A DNA stretch of 64,000 bases from Anaerolineae bacterium (GTDB lineage Bacteria; Chloroflexota; Anaerolineae; Aggregatilineales; Phototrophicaceae), in NCBI GenBank assembly GCA_022841825.1, contig JALHQT010000006.1, positions 371,378-435,377 of the forward strand, in the 5' to 3' direction. Under the pieces are notes generated by a model. That model was given only the letters and a program-made list of their open reading frames with translations, was not told where the DNA came from and made no database searches. The position numbers and the translations under genes were made by a program. Within the stretch, counting starts at the first letter, position 1, and each line of letters opens with the position of its first letter. Positions 6,619-15,274 of the stretch are shown piece after piece.

Positions 6619-7653
6619 GTGTTGTACGACACGAATGATCACGACGACCATACCGACCGCTATTCCGAATACGAAGATCGCTTCGACCCCCTGATGACCG
6701 ACCGCCAGGCGCGGCGCAAGCGTAAACCCAAAGCGAAACATGCGCCGAAAAAGGCGGAGGCAGCCCTGCGCGAAGAGGTCGCCGAACTCTCTGGGCTGGA
6801 AGGCGGTTTTCGCACCACCTACAAACCGACGTTGTTTGAGGAGAGCTGGCTGCCCGCGTCGCTCGGTCAATTCTACGACCAGACTCTGATCACCGATGTG
6901 CTGGCGCGCGTGCGCGGAGGCAAAGAAGCGAATGTCTACCGCTGCGCCGCGCACCCGCTGACCGGGCAGATGCTGCTGGCGGCGAAAGTTTATCGCCCGC
7001 GCATGTTCCGCCAAATCCGCGACGACTCGCTCTATCGTGACGGGCGTGCAGTGCTGGATGGCGCGGGGAAAGAAGTGCGCGCGCGCGACTGGCGTCTGCG
7101 CAAAGCGCTGGAAAACCGCAGCGACCTGGGCGTGCAGGCAGCGCAGACCTCCTGGCTGATGTACGAGTACAGTGCGCTGATGACGCTGCATAAGGCGGGC
7201 GCGCGCGTGCCACAGCCGTTCGCCATCAGTCCCAACGCGCTGTTGATCAGCTACGTCGGAGATGAGACGCTCGCCGCGCCCTCCCTGAGCGATGTGTCGC
7301 TTGATGCAAGCGAGGCACGTTACCTGCGCGACGTGGCGCTTGGCAACATCGAACTGATGCTCCAGCACGACATGATTCACGGCGACCTTTCGCCCTACAA
7401 CATCCTGTACTGGGAAGGCGAGATCACGCTGATCGACTTCCCGCAGGTGGTGGCACTGCGCGGCAACCAGCAGGCGGCGGCGCTGCTGCGGCGCGATGTG
7501 ACGCGCGTGTGCGCGTACTTCACCGCCCAGGGCGCGCCGTGCGATGCCGAACGCGAGTTCGCGCGGCTGTGGCAGCGCTACCTACCCTTCACGGCGAAGG
7601 AGATCGAGGCGGAGATGTCGCGCTACGATGTGGAGGAAGACGAGGATCGCTAG
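6619..7653 (+). CDS. RIO-type atypical serine protein kinase
   Basis: 344 aa. Motifs GGKEANVYRC (P-loop-like STGKEANVY equivalent), IHGDLSPYNILYW (catalytic loop) and LIDFPQVV (metal-binding D). N-terminal basic/acidic extension. GTG start. Confidence 0.85.
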   Translation: MLYDTNDHDDHTDRYSEYEDRFDPLMTDRQARRKRKPKAKHAPKKAEAALREEVAELSGLEGGFRTTYKPTLFEESWLPASLGQFYDQTLITDVLARVRGGKEANVYRCAAHPLTGQMLLAAKVYRPRMFRQIRDDSLYRDGRAVLDGAGKEVRARDWRLRKALENRSDLGVQAAQTSWLMYEYSALMTLHKAGARVPQPFAISPNALLISYVGDETLAAPSLSDVSLDASEARYLRDVALGNIELMLQHDMIHGDLSPYNILYWEGEITLIDFPQVVALRGNQQAAALLRRDVTRVCAYFTAQGAPCDAEREFARLWQRYLPFTAKEIEAEMSRYDVEEDEDR

Positions 7654-7693
7654 GTCTGTAATGCAAATTGAGTCATTCTACCGATGAAAGACA

Positions 7694-7758
7694 ACCGCGA
7701 AGACGCGAAGGGCGCGAAGAAAACTGTCCGTTCTTCGCGCCCTTCGTGTCTTCGTGGT
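7694..7758. terminator. 28-bp hairpin built from CGAAG heptamer repeats between convergent genes
   Basis: The left arm accgcgaagacgcgaagggcgcgaagaa (7694-7721) pairs with ttcttcgcgcccttcgtgtcttcgtggt (7731-7758). This gives 26 Watson-Crick pairs plus 2 G-U pairs in the plus-sense RNA, and those two positions become C-A mismatches in the minus-sense RNA. The loop is 9 nt. It sits between the RIO stop (7653) and the TIR gene stop (7789). Confidence 0.6.
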
Positions 7759-7788
7759 TCATTGGATAACGATCAAGTACAGGGCATC

Positions 7789-10230
7789 TTACGCCCCGTC
7801 CGTTTCCTCACTTGCCTTCTTGCGCCTGGGCTTGGCGGCGACTTTCGCCTTGGCGGGCGCGGCAAGCTTGTTCGCACGCACTGGCGGCGGCTTTGTGGAC
7901 ACCTCAGGCTTGGCGACTGGGGGTGACTTGTCCTCGACCGGCGCGGTATCGGCTGTCTGGGTTGCTTCCACCGCCACAACCTCGGCGGTCGCCGCCGCAC
8001 CGGGGCGCTGCAAGGTCACTTTGACCGTCGAACGATCCTTGTCCTCCTCGATGATCGCCGTCGGCAGCTCCGCCTCTTTCATCGCCTCCTGCATCCGGCT
8101 GACGCCGCTGCCGTTCAGCTCCATATAGGACATATACTGGAACACGGAGGCGACCGCCGGATTGCGGCGGATCGAGAGCGCTTTCTCCGGGTTCTCGTTC
8201 AGAGTCTCCACCGAAATCCCCTCCGGCAGTTCGCCAAAACTGGTGAACTCTACACGGTCTGGGTAGACCTCGATTACAGTCGGCTGTTCGCGCAGCACCG
8301 GATCTTCATAATCACGATGCACCAGCGCGTTGGCGAACGCCTCGCGCAGCGCAATGTCTGGCACTTCCAGCGCGTCGCGCGCCTCGGTGCCGACGATTCC
8401 ATTGCGCTTGAGACCGCTGCGATAACGCAGGAAGTCCAACCCCGCATCCCACAGGTGGAGCAGGTTGTCACTGGCGATATCGATCTCCGCCTTCGACGAC
8501 GCGCGCTTGACATCGCTGTAGACGACCATTTGCAGCGAGCAGGCGGGGTACTTGTTGGCGATCAGACGGATCGGCGCGAAGCACAAAAATGCCGCCAGAG
8601 TGATCTTTCCCTCTTCCATCAAGCCCAGCAGTTCGAGATGCGCCGCAGGATTCGGGAGATCGAGCTTGGCGCGCCGCGCCAGTTCGCGCGCCAGCGGGCG
8701 GTTGAGCAGCCGCTCGATCAACGCCTGATCGAGGTCTTCAAGATCATACATCTCCAGCCGTCGGCGGTCATAGCTCTTGTGACTCTCATCGTCACCGCTG
8801 AAGAATGAGTTACTGCGCGGCTCTAATGTTGTGGGCGCGGCGGCAGGCGTGGGCTGTGGCTCGGCAGTGGGTGCAGGCTTGGCGTAGTCGCGCAGCGCCG
8901 TGCGCAGGCGGTTGATCAGGTCGGTCGGCGTTTGCGCCTCGAAGACATCCAGCTTCCCCGCATCGGCGCTCGACGAGCGGCGCAGCGCCAGCATGTCCTT
9001 CACCGCGCCGCCATGCTCGGCAAGAAACTCGATAGTGATGCCGGGCGGAATATTGGGCGGAACCAGGCATACTAACCCCGGTCGCCCCCGCACGCGTGCC
9101 TGCCTGAGCGTATAGGCGAGCAGGCTGGTCGTCTCTGATTCCAGCGGATGACCGTAGAAGACGCCGAGGAGCGCCAGATAATAATCGCAGCCTGCGATGG
9201 TGTCATTCAGTACGCTGGCGCTGGCGCTCGTCATCATCGACTGCGCCGAGATCTCCCATTCATCCTTGAAGTCACTTCCCACCATCGATATCACAGCATC
9301 ACGGTAAGGCTCGACCGCCGGGTCATCCGCGAAAGACGCCAGGAACAGGCAGTGCTTCGGCGGTTCAGCGGGAGTGGCGGGGCTGGTTCCAGGCGCGTCG
9401 GTTTCGCGTGGAGCGACCGTCGCCAGGCGCGTGAGGAAGGCTTCCGGCGGCATCCGGTCGTCGGTCACATCAAGCACCTGCGTGGTGCCAAGCTGAAACC
9501 AGATTTTACCGGAGCGCAGCAGCGGGAAGATTGGCTTTTCGAGTTCTTCGGCGTAATGCAGTTCGCGCTGCACCCACTGCGAATTCTCAGAGTCCGGCGA
9601 CATCACCACCACGTAAGCGGCGCAGCCTTCCAACGCCAGCTTGATCTGGCGCATCCACTGGTCGCCGTAGCTGATCGCCCCCTTGTCGATCCAGACGGAA
9701 AAGCCGTTGCTCTCCAGGTATGCCTCCAGCCGCTTGACGTAATCCTCGTCGTTGCGACTGTAGCTGATGAAGACCATACTCTGGCGCATCGCCTGCGCAG
9801 GCGTCCCGGTCGGGTTTTCCGGAATGGTGGGGAGGTCGCTCAAGTTCAGCTTGAGCGGGTTGTAGAGGCTGTTGACCAACTGCGCGGCAGCAGCCGGGGT
9901 CGGACCCTCGCTAAAATCGGCATACTCGTGCTGGCTGAACGGCTCAGGCAGATCTGCCAGGGCTTGCAGCAGGACGATCACGACAGGTTTGCCCGCTTTG
10001 ACCGCCTCGCCCAGGCACCATTGGCACCACTGTGAGGTCACCGAGTAGCCAGAGATCAGATGCAGAAACACATCCGATTGGGCGATGAAGTCCTGGAGTT
10101 GGCTCTTCCATTCTGGTTGCTTATTGAGTGTCGCGTCAAACCAGACCTCGTGATTACCGGTCTTGAGGATTTCGACGACCGACTCCGCTTCAGCTTTATC
10201 GACATGCGCGTAATTGATGAAGACCCGCAT
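7789..10230 (-). CDS. Multidomain TIR protein: TIR - TIR - TIR/DUF4062-like - HATPase_c_4/wHTH (Schlafen-regulator C-terminal half) - K/A/P-rich basic tail
   Basis: 813 aa.
- aa 1-~125: MRVFINYAHVD...SQWCQWCLGEAVKAGKPVVIVLL.
- aa ~153-265: MVFISYSRNDEDYVKRLE...SQWVQRELHYAEELEKPIFPLL. Both have TIR_2-like patterns.
- aa ~295-400: CLFLASFADDPAVEPYRDAV...CDYYLALLGVFYG.
- aa ~500-770: REAFANALVHRDYEDP, DRVEFTSFGELP, RRNPAVASVF, LNGSGVSRM.
- Tail: KPPPVRANKLAAPAKAKVAAKPRRKK. Confidence 0.85.
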   Translation of the reverse strand: MRVFINYAHVDKAEAESVVEILKTGNHEVWFDATLNKQPEWKSQLQDFIAQSDVFLHLISGYSVTSQWCQWCLGEAVKAGKPVVIVLLQALADLPEPFSQHEYADFSEGPTPAAAAQLVNSLYNPLKLNLSDLPTIPENPTGTPAQAMRQSMVFISYSRNDEDYVKRLEAYLESNGFSVWIDKGAISYGDQWMRQIKLALEGCAAYVVVMSPDSENSQWVQRELHYAEELEKPIFPLLRSGKIWFQLGTTQVLDVTDDRMPPEAFLTRLATVAPRETDAPGTSPATPAEPPKHCLFLASFADDPAVEPYRDAVISMVGSDFKDEWEISAQSMMTSASASVLNDTIAGCDYYLALLGVFYGHPLESETTSLLAYTLRQARVRGRPGLVCLVPPNIPPGITIEFLAEHGGAVKDMLALRRSSSADAGKLDVFEAQTPTDLINRLRTALRDYAKPAPTAEPQPTPAAAPTTLEPRSNSFFSGDDESHKSYDRRRLEMYDLEDLDQALIERLLNRPLARELARRAKLDLPNPAAHLELLGLMEEGKITLAAFLCFAPIRLIANKYPACSLQMVVYSDVKRASSKAEIDIASDNLLHLWDAGLDFLRYRSGLKRNGIVGTEARDALEVPDIALREAFANALVHRDYEDPVLREQPTVIEVYPDRVEFTSFGELPEGISVETLNENPEKALSIRRNPAVASVFQYMSYMELNGSGVSRMQEAMKEAELPTAIIEEDKDRSTVKVTLQRPGAAATAEVVAVEATQTADTAPVEDKSPPVAKPEVSTKPPPVRANKLAAPAKAKVAAKPRRKKASEETDGA

Positions 10231-10392
10231 CGTTACAGCTTTCTGTAAAAAGGCGACGGCATAGCCATCAGATCAGGACTACTATAGCGCCATCAGACGC
10301 ACAGAGATACATCTACATAGGCTGTCTTTATCTAGGACAGATCGCCAGCAAGATGCAAAAGAAGAAAAGCATCCCCGGCAAGAGTCCTCACT

Positions 10393-10432
10393 TTAAGCAC
10401 GGTTAAGATTTCCCCCACCTGTGTTAAGCACG
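10393..10432 (+). repeat. Direct repeats TTAAGCACG (x2) and TGTGTTA(A/G) (x2) in the divergent promoter region
   Basis: ttaagcacg occurs at 10393-10401 and 10424-10432. tgtgttaag occurs at 10420 and tgtgttaga at 10441. The region lies between the TIR gene start (10230) and the ABC operon start (10536). Confidence 0.3.
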
Positions 10433-10535
10433 CTGGCAATTGTGTTAGAGCGCGCTACCGTATGCGGGCATCGGGTGTCCCTAACCCGATGTTATTGTGT
10501 ATCCCGCTGTCGTGTTTAATGAGGGAGACTCCTGA

Positions 10536-12047
10536 ATGTTGCGGAAACTGCTGATTGTCGTCGGTATCGCCCTGTTGGCGGTGCTGCCTGTCCAGGCGCA
10601 GGACGCGCCCATGCTGGTGATTTCGCTGGCAAACGACCCCACGTCGCTTTTCCCGCCGCGCGGCGCAGACATCACCGCGGGCAACGCGGCAAGCCCGCTC
10701 TATGACACCCTCGTCACCTATGATGTGGATGGCAACATCGTCCCGGAACTCGCCGAAAGCTGGGAGATCAGCGAAGATGGCACGGTCTATACCTTCGTGC
10801 TGCGCCAGGGCGTGACCTTCCACAACGGCGAAACCTTCAATGCCGATGCGGTCATCGCCACCTGGGAGACCGGCTCGGACGATAGCAACGATTACGCTCA
10901 GGACTACCAGGTCGCCACCAGTGTCGAAGCGGTGGATGAGTACACGGTGCAGATCACGACCGACGGTCCCAAGCCGCTGTTCATGAATCAGCTCACCGGT
11001 TGGGGCATCGTCCCACCTGCGTACATCCGCGAAGTCGGCATTGACGCCTTCGAGCAGGCTCCAGTGGGCGCAGGTCCCTTCCGCTTCGTCGAGCGCATCG
11101 CGGGCGACCGGATTGTGTATGAGGCGTTTGAGGATTACTGGCAGGAAGGGCTGCCGCTGGTCGGCGGCGTCACCTTCCGCATCATCCCCGAACCGACGAC
11201 TCGCCTTGCCGCCATCCAAACGGGTGAGATCGACATCGCCAACCGCCTGAGCATCGACGAAGCCGCCCTGCTGGAAGGCAGCGACGCTGTCACCCTCGTC
11301 TCGTACCCGAACGACCGCGTCTACTACGTTGCATTCAAGAACATCGGCAACGGCGAAGGCAGCCCGCTGCTCGACGAGCGCGTCCGTCAGGCGCTGAACT
11401 ACGCAGTCAACCGCCAGGGCATCATCGACGGAATCTTCGGCGGTGGCGCGAGCCTGGTGGACAGCTTCATCATCTCGACCAACCTCGGTCACAATCCCGA
11501 AATCCAACCCTATGCCTACGACCCCGAACGCGCCAGCGCACTGCTGGCAGAAGCGGGTTTCGCCGACGGATTCGCCATCAGCATGGGCTGCCCGACCGAC
11601 GCTTATCTGAGCATCAACGAAGTCTGCCTCGCCGTCCAGCGTGACCTGGGCGCGATTGGCATTGACCTGACCGTCGAGTTCAAGACCAGCAACAGCTTCT
11701 GGAGCGAAGCCGAGTACGGCGCGGTCGGTCCCATGTACGTCGATAGCTGGTCGAGCGGCACGGGCGAGGCGCTCGGTCGTCTCGAAGGCGCGCTCGTCCC
11801 TGGCAACTACTACAACACCTGGCACGACGACACCATCACCGACCTGATCAACCAGATTTCGGTCACGGTGGATCGTGACGAACGCGCCGCGCTGTACAGC
11901 GAAATCCAGACGTACATGCACGAAAATCCGCCCTTCATTTACCTGTACGCACCGCAGATCTTCGAAGCAACGAGCGCGAGCATCGAAGGCTACGCGCCGC
12001 GCGCCAACGAAGGCTACGACCTGACCAACGTCTCCAAGGCAGGGTGA
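10536..12047 (+). CDS. ABC transporter substrate-binding protein, family 5 (peptide/nickel, DppA/OppA-like)
   Basis: 503 aa. Signal peptide MLRKLLIVVGIALLAVLPVQAQ. The core is typical of SBP_bac_5 (TFHNGETFNADAV, YEAFEDYW, RLAAIQTGEIDIA). GAGGGAG Shine-Dalgarno. Confidence 0.9.
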   Translation: MLRKLLIVVGIALLAVLPVQAQDAPMLVISLANDPTSLFPPRGADITAGNAASPLYDTLVTYDVDGNIVPELAESWEISEDGTVYTFVLRQGVTFHNGETFNADAVIATWETGSDDSNDYAQDYQVATSVEAVDEYTVQITTDGPKPLFMNQLTGWGIVPPAYIREVGIDAFEQAPVGAGPFRFVERIAGDRIVYEAFEDYWQEGLPLVGGVTFRIIPEPTTRLAAIQTGEIDIANRLSIDEAALLEGSDAVTLVSYPNDRVYYVAFKNIGNGEGSPLLDERVRQALNYAVNRQGIIDGIFGGGASLVDSFIISTNLGHNPEIQPYAYDPERASALLAEAGFADGFAISMGCPTDAYLSINEVCLAVQRDLGAIGIDLTVEFKTSNSFWSEAEYGAVGPMYVDSWSSGTGEALGRLEGALVPGNYYNTWHDDTITDLINQISVTVDRDERAALYSEIQTYMHENPPFIYLYAPQIFEATSASIEGYAPRANEGYDLTNVSKAG

Positions 12048-12059
12048 AGCCATAGGAAC

Positions 12060-12178
12060 GAGTGATGAGTAACGAGTGACGAGTCATGAGGAAAACGGAG
12101 TGCGTGGCAGTAATGCACGTTCGCACCACGCACTCCGCACACGTCTAGAGACTCGTTACCCGTCACTGGAAATCACTC
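12060..12178. repeat. Composite heptamer-repeat hairpin (GAGTNAN arms plus an inner GGAGTGCGTGG hairpin)
   Basis: gagtgat gagtaac gagtgac gagtcat at 12060-12087. The inner perfect 11-bp stem pairs ggagtgcgtgg (12097-12107) with ccacgcactcc (12126-12136). The imperfect complementary outer arm is gagactcgttacccgtcactggaaatcactc (12148-12178). It lies between the SBP and permease genes. Confidence 0.6.
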
Positions 12179-12190
12179 CCGGAGCGTGCC

Positions 12191-13108
12191 ATGTCTGCCT
12201 ACATTTTTCGTCGGATATTCCAATCGCTCCTGTTGATTCTGGGCGTGCTCGTCCTGGTCTTCTTCATGGTGCGCCTGACGGGCGACCCGGTCGCGCTGAT
12301 GGTCTCGCGCGAGGCGACCAACGAACAGCGCGAGGCGATGCGCGTCGCCCTCGGCTTGGATCGTCCGCTGATTGTGCAGTTCGGCGACTACATGGGCGGG
12401 GTGCTGACGGGCAATCTTGGTCAGTCTCTCAGCCTCGGCTTGCCGAACGCCACCTTGATCGGGCAGCGCCTGCCCGCCACCTTTGAACTCGCGCTCACCT
12501 CACTGATCGTCGCGCTCGCCCTGTCGATCCCGCTCGGCGTTCTGGGCGGGATGCACCCCGGCTCCCCTGTCGATTGGCTGGGGCGCACGGTCGGCTTGGC
12601 GGGACAGACGATTCACAGCGTCTGGCTGTCGATGATCCTGATCCTGATCTTCGCCGTGCAGCTCCGCTGGCTGCCCTCGTTCGGGCGTGATGGCTGGGAG
12701 TCGCTCATCCTGCCGACCATCGCGCTCAGTCTGGGCAGCATCGGGCAGTTGGTGCGCCTGGCGCGCTCAACCGTACTGGAAGTGCGGCGCGAAAACTTTG
12801 TGCGCACCGCCCACGCCAAAGGCATGAGCGGGCAGCGCGTCGCCTTTTCGCACATCGCGCCCAATGTCGCCATCCCGCTCATCAGCGTGATCGGCATCGG
12901 CTTCACCTATTCGCTCGGCGGCTCGGTCTATATCGAGTCGGTCTTCTCATGGCCCGGTCTTGGCTCGCTGTTGAGCAATGCCATCGGCGACAGCGACTTC
13001 CCACTCGTGCAGTCGATCACGATTTTTATCGCCCTCTTCGCCATTACGATCAACCTGGTCACCGACATCCTGTATGGCGTCTTCGATCCACGTATCCGAC
13101 AGAGGTAA
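12191..13108 (+). CDS. ABC transporter permease (DppB/OppB-like)
   Basis: 305 aa, about 6 TM helices, BPD_transp_1 EAA-like loop (VRTAHAKGMSGQRVAFSHIAPN). GGAG Shine-Dalgarno. Confidence 0.9.
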   Translation: MSAYIFRRIFQSLLLILGVLVLVFFMVRLTGDPVALMVSREATNEQREAMRVALGLDRPLIVQFGDYMGGVLTGNLGQSLSLGLPNATLIGQRLPATFELALTSLIVALALSIPLGVLGGMHPGSPVDWLGRTVGLAGQTIHSVWLSMILILIFAVQLRWLPSFGRDGWESLILPTIALSLGSIGQLVRLARSTVLEVRRENFVRTAHAKGMSGQRVAFSHIAPNVAIPLISVIGIGFTYSLGGSVYIESVFSWPGLGSLLSNAIGDSDFPLVQSITIFIALFAITINLVTDILYGVFDPRIRQR

Positions 13109-13114
13109 ATCGAC

Positions 13115-14041
13115 ATGACCGACGCCGTACTCGCCACACGCAAAATCGCCCTGATGGAGCCAAGCGCGCCTTCACAGACACAATGGCGTAAAGTCCTGCG
13201 CGCCTTCCTGCGCTCGCCCAGTGCGATGTTTGGCGTCGTCGTCCTGCTCATCCTCGTCGCCTGCGCTCTGTTTGCCGAACGCATCGCGCCCTTCGCACCC
13301 ACCTACGGCGATTTCGCCGCATCACGTCTCCCACCCGCCTGGATAGAGGGCGGCACATGGACACACCCCTTCGGCACCGACCGCCTGGGGCAGGACATCT
13401 TCACGCGCATCGTCTACGGAGCGCGCGTCTCGCTGCTGGTCGGCTTTTTCGGCGCGCTGCTCGCCAGCACCCTCGGTGTGCTGCTCGGCATCCTGGCAGG
13501 CTATTTCGGCGGTTGGATCGATACGGTCATCAGCGCCTTCGTCAACATCATTCTCTCAGTCCCGTACCTGGTGCTGGTCGTGGTCGTGGCGACGATCTTT
13601 GGGCGCAGCCTGCTGAATGTGATCCTCATTTTCGGCGTCACCGGCTCCCCCGTCTTCGTGCGGCTGGTGCGCGGGGAAGTGCTGCGCCTGCGTGCGCAGG
13701 AATACGTCGAGGCGGCGCGGTCACTGGGCGCAGGCTCCGGGCGAATCATCGGCGCGCATCTGCTGCCAAACCTGGTCGGACCGCTGATCACGGTGGCGAC
13801 TTACGAGATGTCCGCGATGATCTTTTACGAGGCGGGCTTGTCCTATCTGGGGTTAAGCGTGCCGCCGGAAGTGCCAAGCTGGGGCAACATGCTCCAGGCG
13901 GGGCAAAGCCTGCTGCCCGTCCTGCCCTGGATCGCCATCTTCCCCGGCTTGGCGATTGCGCTCACGGCGCTGGCGATGAACTTCGTGGGAGATCGTCTAA
14001 GGGACATCCTCGACCCCAGAGTGCGGGAGGGCAGCGGATAG
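13115..14041 (+). CDS. ABC transporter permease (DppC/OppC-like)
   Basis: 308 aa. OppC N-terminal pattern (HPFGTDRLGQDIFTRIVYGAR) and EAA loop (YVEAARSLGAGSGRIIGAHLLPN). Confidence 0.9.
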   Translation: MTDAVLATRKIALMEPSAPSQTQWRKVLRAFLRSPSAMFGVVVLLILVACALFAERIAPFAPTYGDFAASRLPPAWIEGGTWTHPFGTDRLGQDIFTRIVYGARVSLLVGFFGALLASTLGVLLGILAGYFGGWIDTVISAFVNIILSVPYLVLVVVVATIFGRSLLNVILIFGVTGSPVFVRLVRGEVLRLRAQEYVEAARSLGAGSGRIIGAHLLPNLVGPLITVATYEMSAMIFYEAGLSYLGLSVPPEVPSWGNMLQAGQSLLPVLPWIAIFPGLAIALTALAMNFVGDRLRDILDPRVREGSG

Positions 14042-14111
14042 TCGGCGCGCAATCTCACGCCTCACGGGCGACCGTCCTCACCTACACTGGTAGGGATAAA
14101 GCCGATGACTT

Positions 14112-15274
14112 GTGAGACGCAGCATGACCACTATCGCGCCCGCGCAACCGACACGCCAGACATCAACGCAGCCCGTGATGCTGGCAGCGTTCGCCATCCT
14201 ACTGGTCGGCGTCGCTGCCTATCTTTTCCTCAGCCGCGCAAATCTGGGCGCGTGGGACTTCCGCAATAACCTGTGGGCACCGGCACACCTACTCGTGGGC
14301 GGGCGCAGCCCTTACCTGATCGAATCCCTGTTTCCTGGCAGCAACGCCGTCTGGATGCCGACGGTGATCGGCGCGTTCTTCCCGCTCGGCTGGCTCACGG
14401 AAAGCCAGGCGACCGCCCTCTGGGTCGTCATCAGCGCGGGCGCATACCTGTCGCTGATTATTCTATCGAGCGGCAAAGCGCGTCCAGCCCGCTGACGCTT
14501 GGCATCAGTATTGGCATGATGCTGATCTTCCCGCCCTTCATATCAGGGATGCAGTTGGGGCAGTTCAGCGTCATTGCCGCGCTGCTGATGCTCCTCGCAG
14601 GTCGTCTGGTCGTTCGCGCCGCATCGCCGATCTGGATCGGGCTGCTCGTCGCGCTCGCCAGCGCCAAGCCACAGCTTATCCTACTGCCCGTGCTGGGGCT
14701 GCTATGGTACACTTGGCGCACACAGGGCGCGGCGCGCGTGGCACAGATGCTGCTGGCAAGCATCGTGTGGTCGCTGCTGCTCACGCTGCCGCTCTGGCTC
14801 GGCGCTCCCAATTGGCTTGAGGGCTTTCTTGAGGCGCAGGCACGGCGGGGTAGCTGGTCGCAGCCATCCGCCTATGTGCTGCTGCCTCTCCATCTGGGCG
14901 ACGTCGGCGTCGCGCTGTGGGCGCTCCTGGCGCTGGTCGTCCTCGCCTTCAGCCTGTGGCGGTGGCGAAAGCTGCCTCCGCAGCAGGCGCTCGCCTGGAG
15001 TTTGGCACTCAACGTGCTGATCACGCCCTACGTCTGGAGCTGGGATTTCGTTCTGCTCGTCCCATTGTTTGTCGGCACCTTCTTTGGGCTGCGTTTGCGC
15101 CTGCACAGGATCGCGCTGCTGCTGGGTTACATGGTGATCTGGTACGTGATGGTGGCGCAGCGCCTGACGACGAACAACGACGACTCCCTCTACTGGTGGC
15201 TCCCCTGGGCGATCATCGCACTGATCGCGCTCGTGCAGGCGCTGAATCGCCGCGCACCTCAGCCAGCAGCCTGA
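14112..15274 (+). pseudogene. GT87/DUF2029-like polytopic membrane glycosyltransferase split by a frameshift near 14470-14495
   Basis: ORF 14112..14495 (...AYLSLIILSSGKARPAR*) and ORF 14273..15274 (meaningful part ...SPLTLGISIGMMLIFPPFISGMQLGQFSVIAALLML...) are both hydrophobic and together form one membrane protein. The second frame is offset by -1. The first ~65 codons of the second ORF are Arg/Gly-rich out-of-frame noise. Confidence 0.55.

Noticed and set aside
5589-7653. Methyltransferase and RIO kinase genes as components of a multi-gene defence system with the NERD-helicase or TIR genes
   Set aside because: Both have native GC, their own starts and spacers, and the RIO gene is convergent with the TIR gene. 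Nothing in the sequence ties them together functionally, so the linkage is left only as neighbourhood context.
10455-12053. 532-aa reverse-strand ORF covering the whole substrate-binding protein gene
   Set aside because: It is an antisense shadow of a GC3-rich gene. Its composition is Arg/Ala/Gly/Asp/Val-dominated, it has no recognisable motif, and the plus-strand ORF has a signal peptide and clear SBP_bac_5 features.
14273-14470. First ~65 codons of ORF 14273..15274 (MGTGTPTRGRAQPLPDRIPVSWQQRRLDADGDRR...)
   Set aside because: This is an out-of-frame overlap with the hydrophobic ORF 14112..14495. Only the part downstream of about 14475 is membrane-protein-like, so the pair is interpreted as one frameshifted gene.
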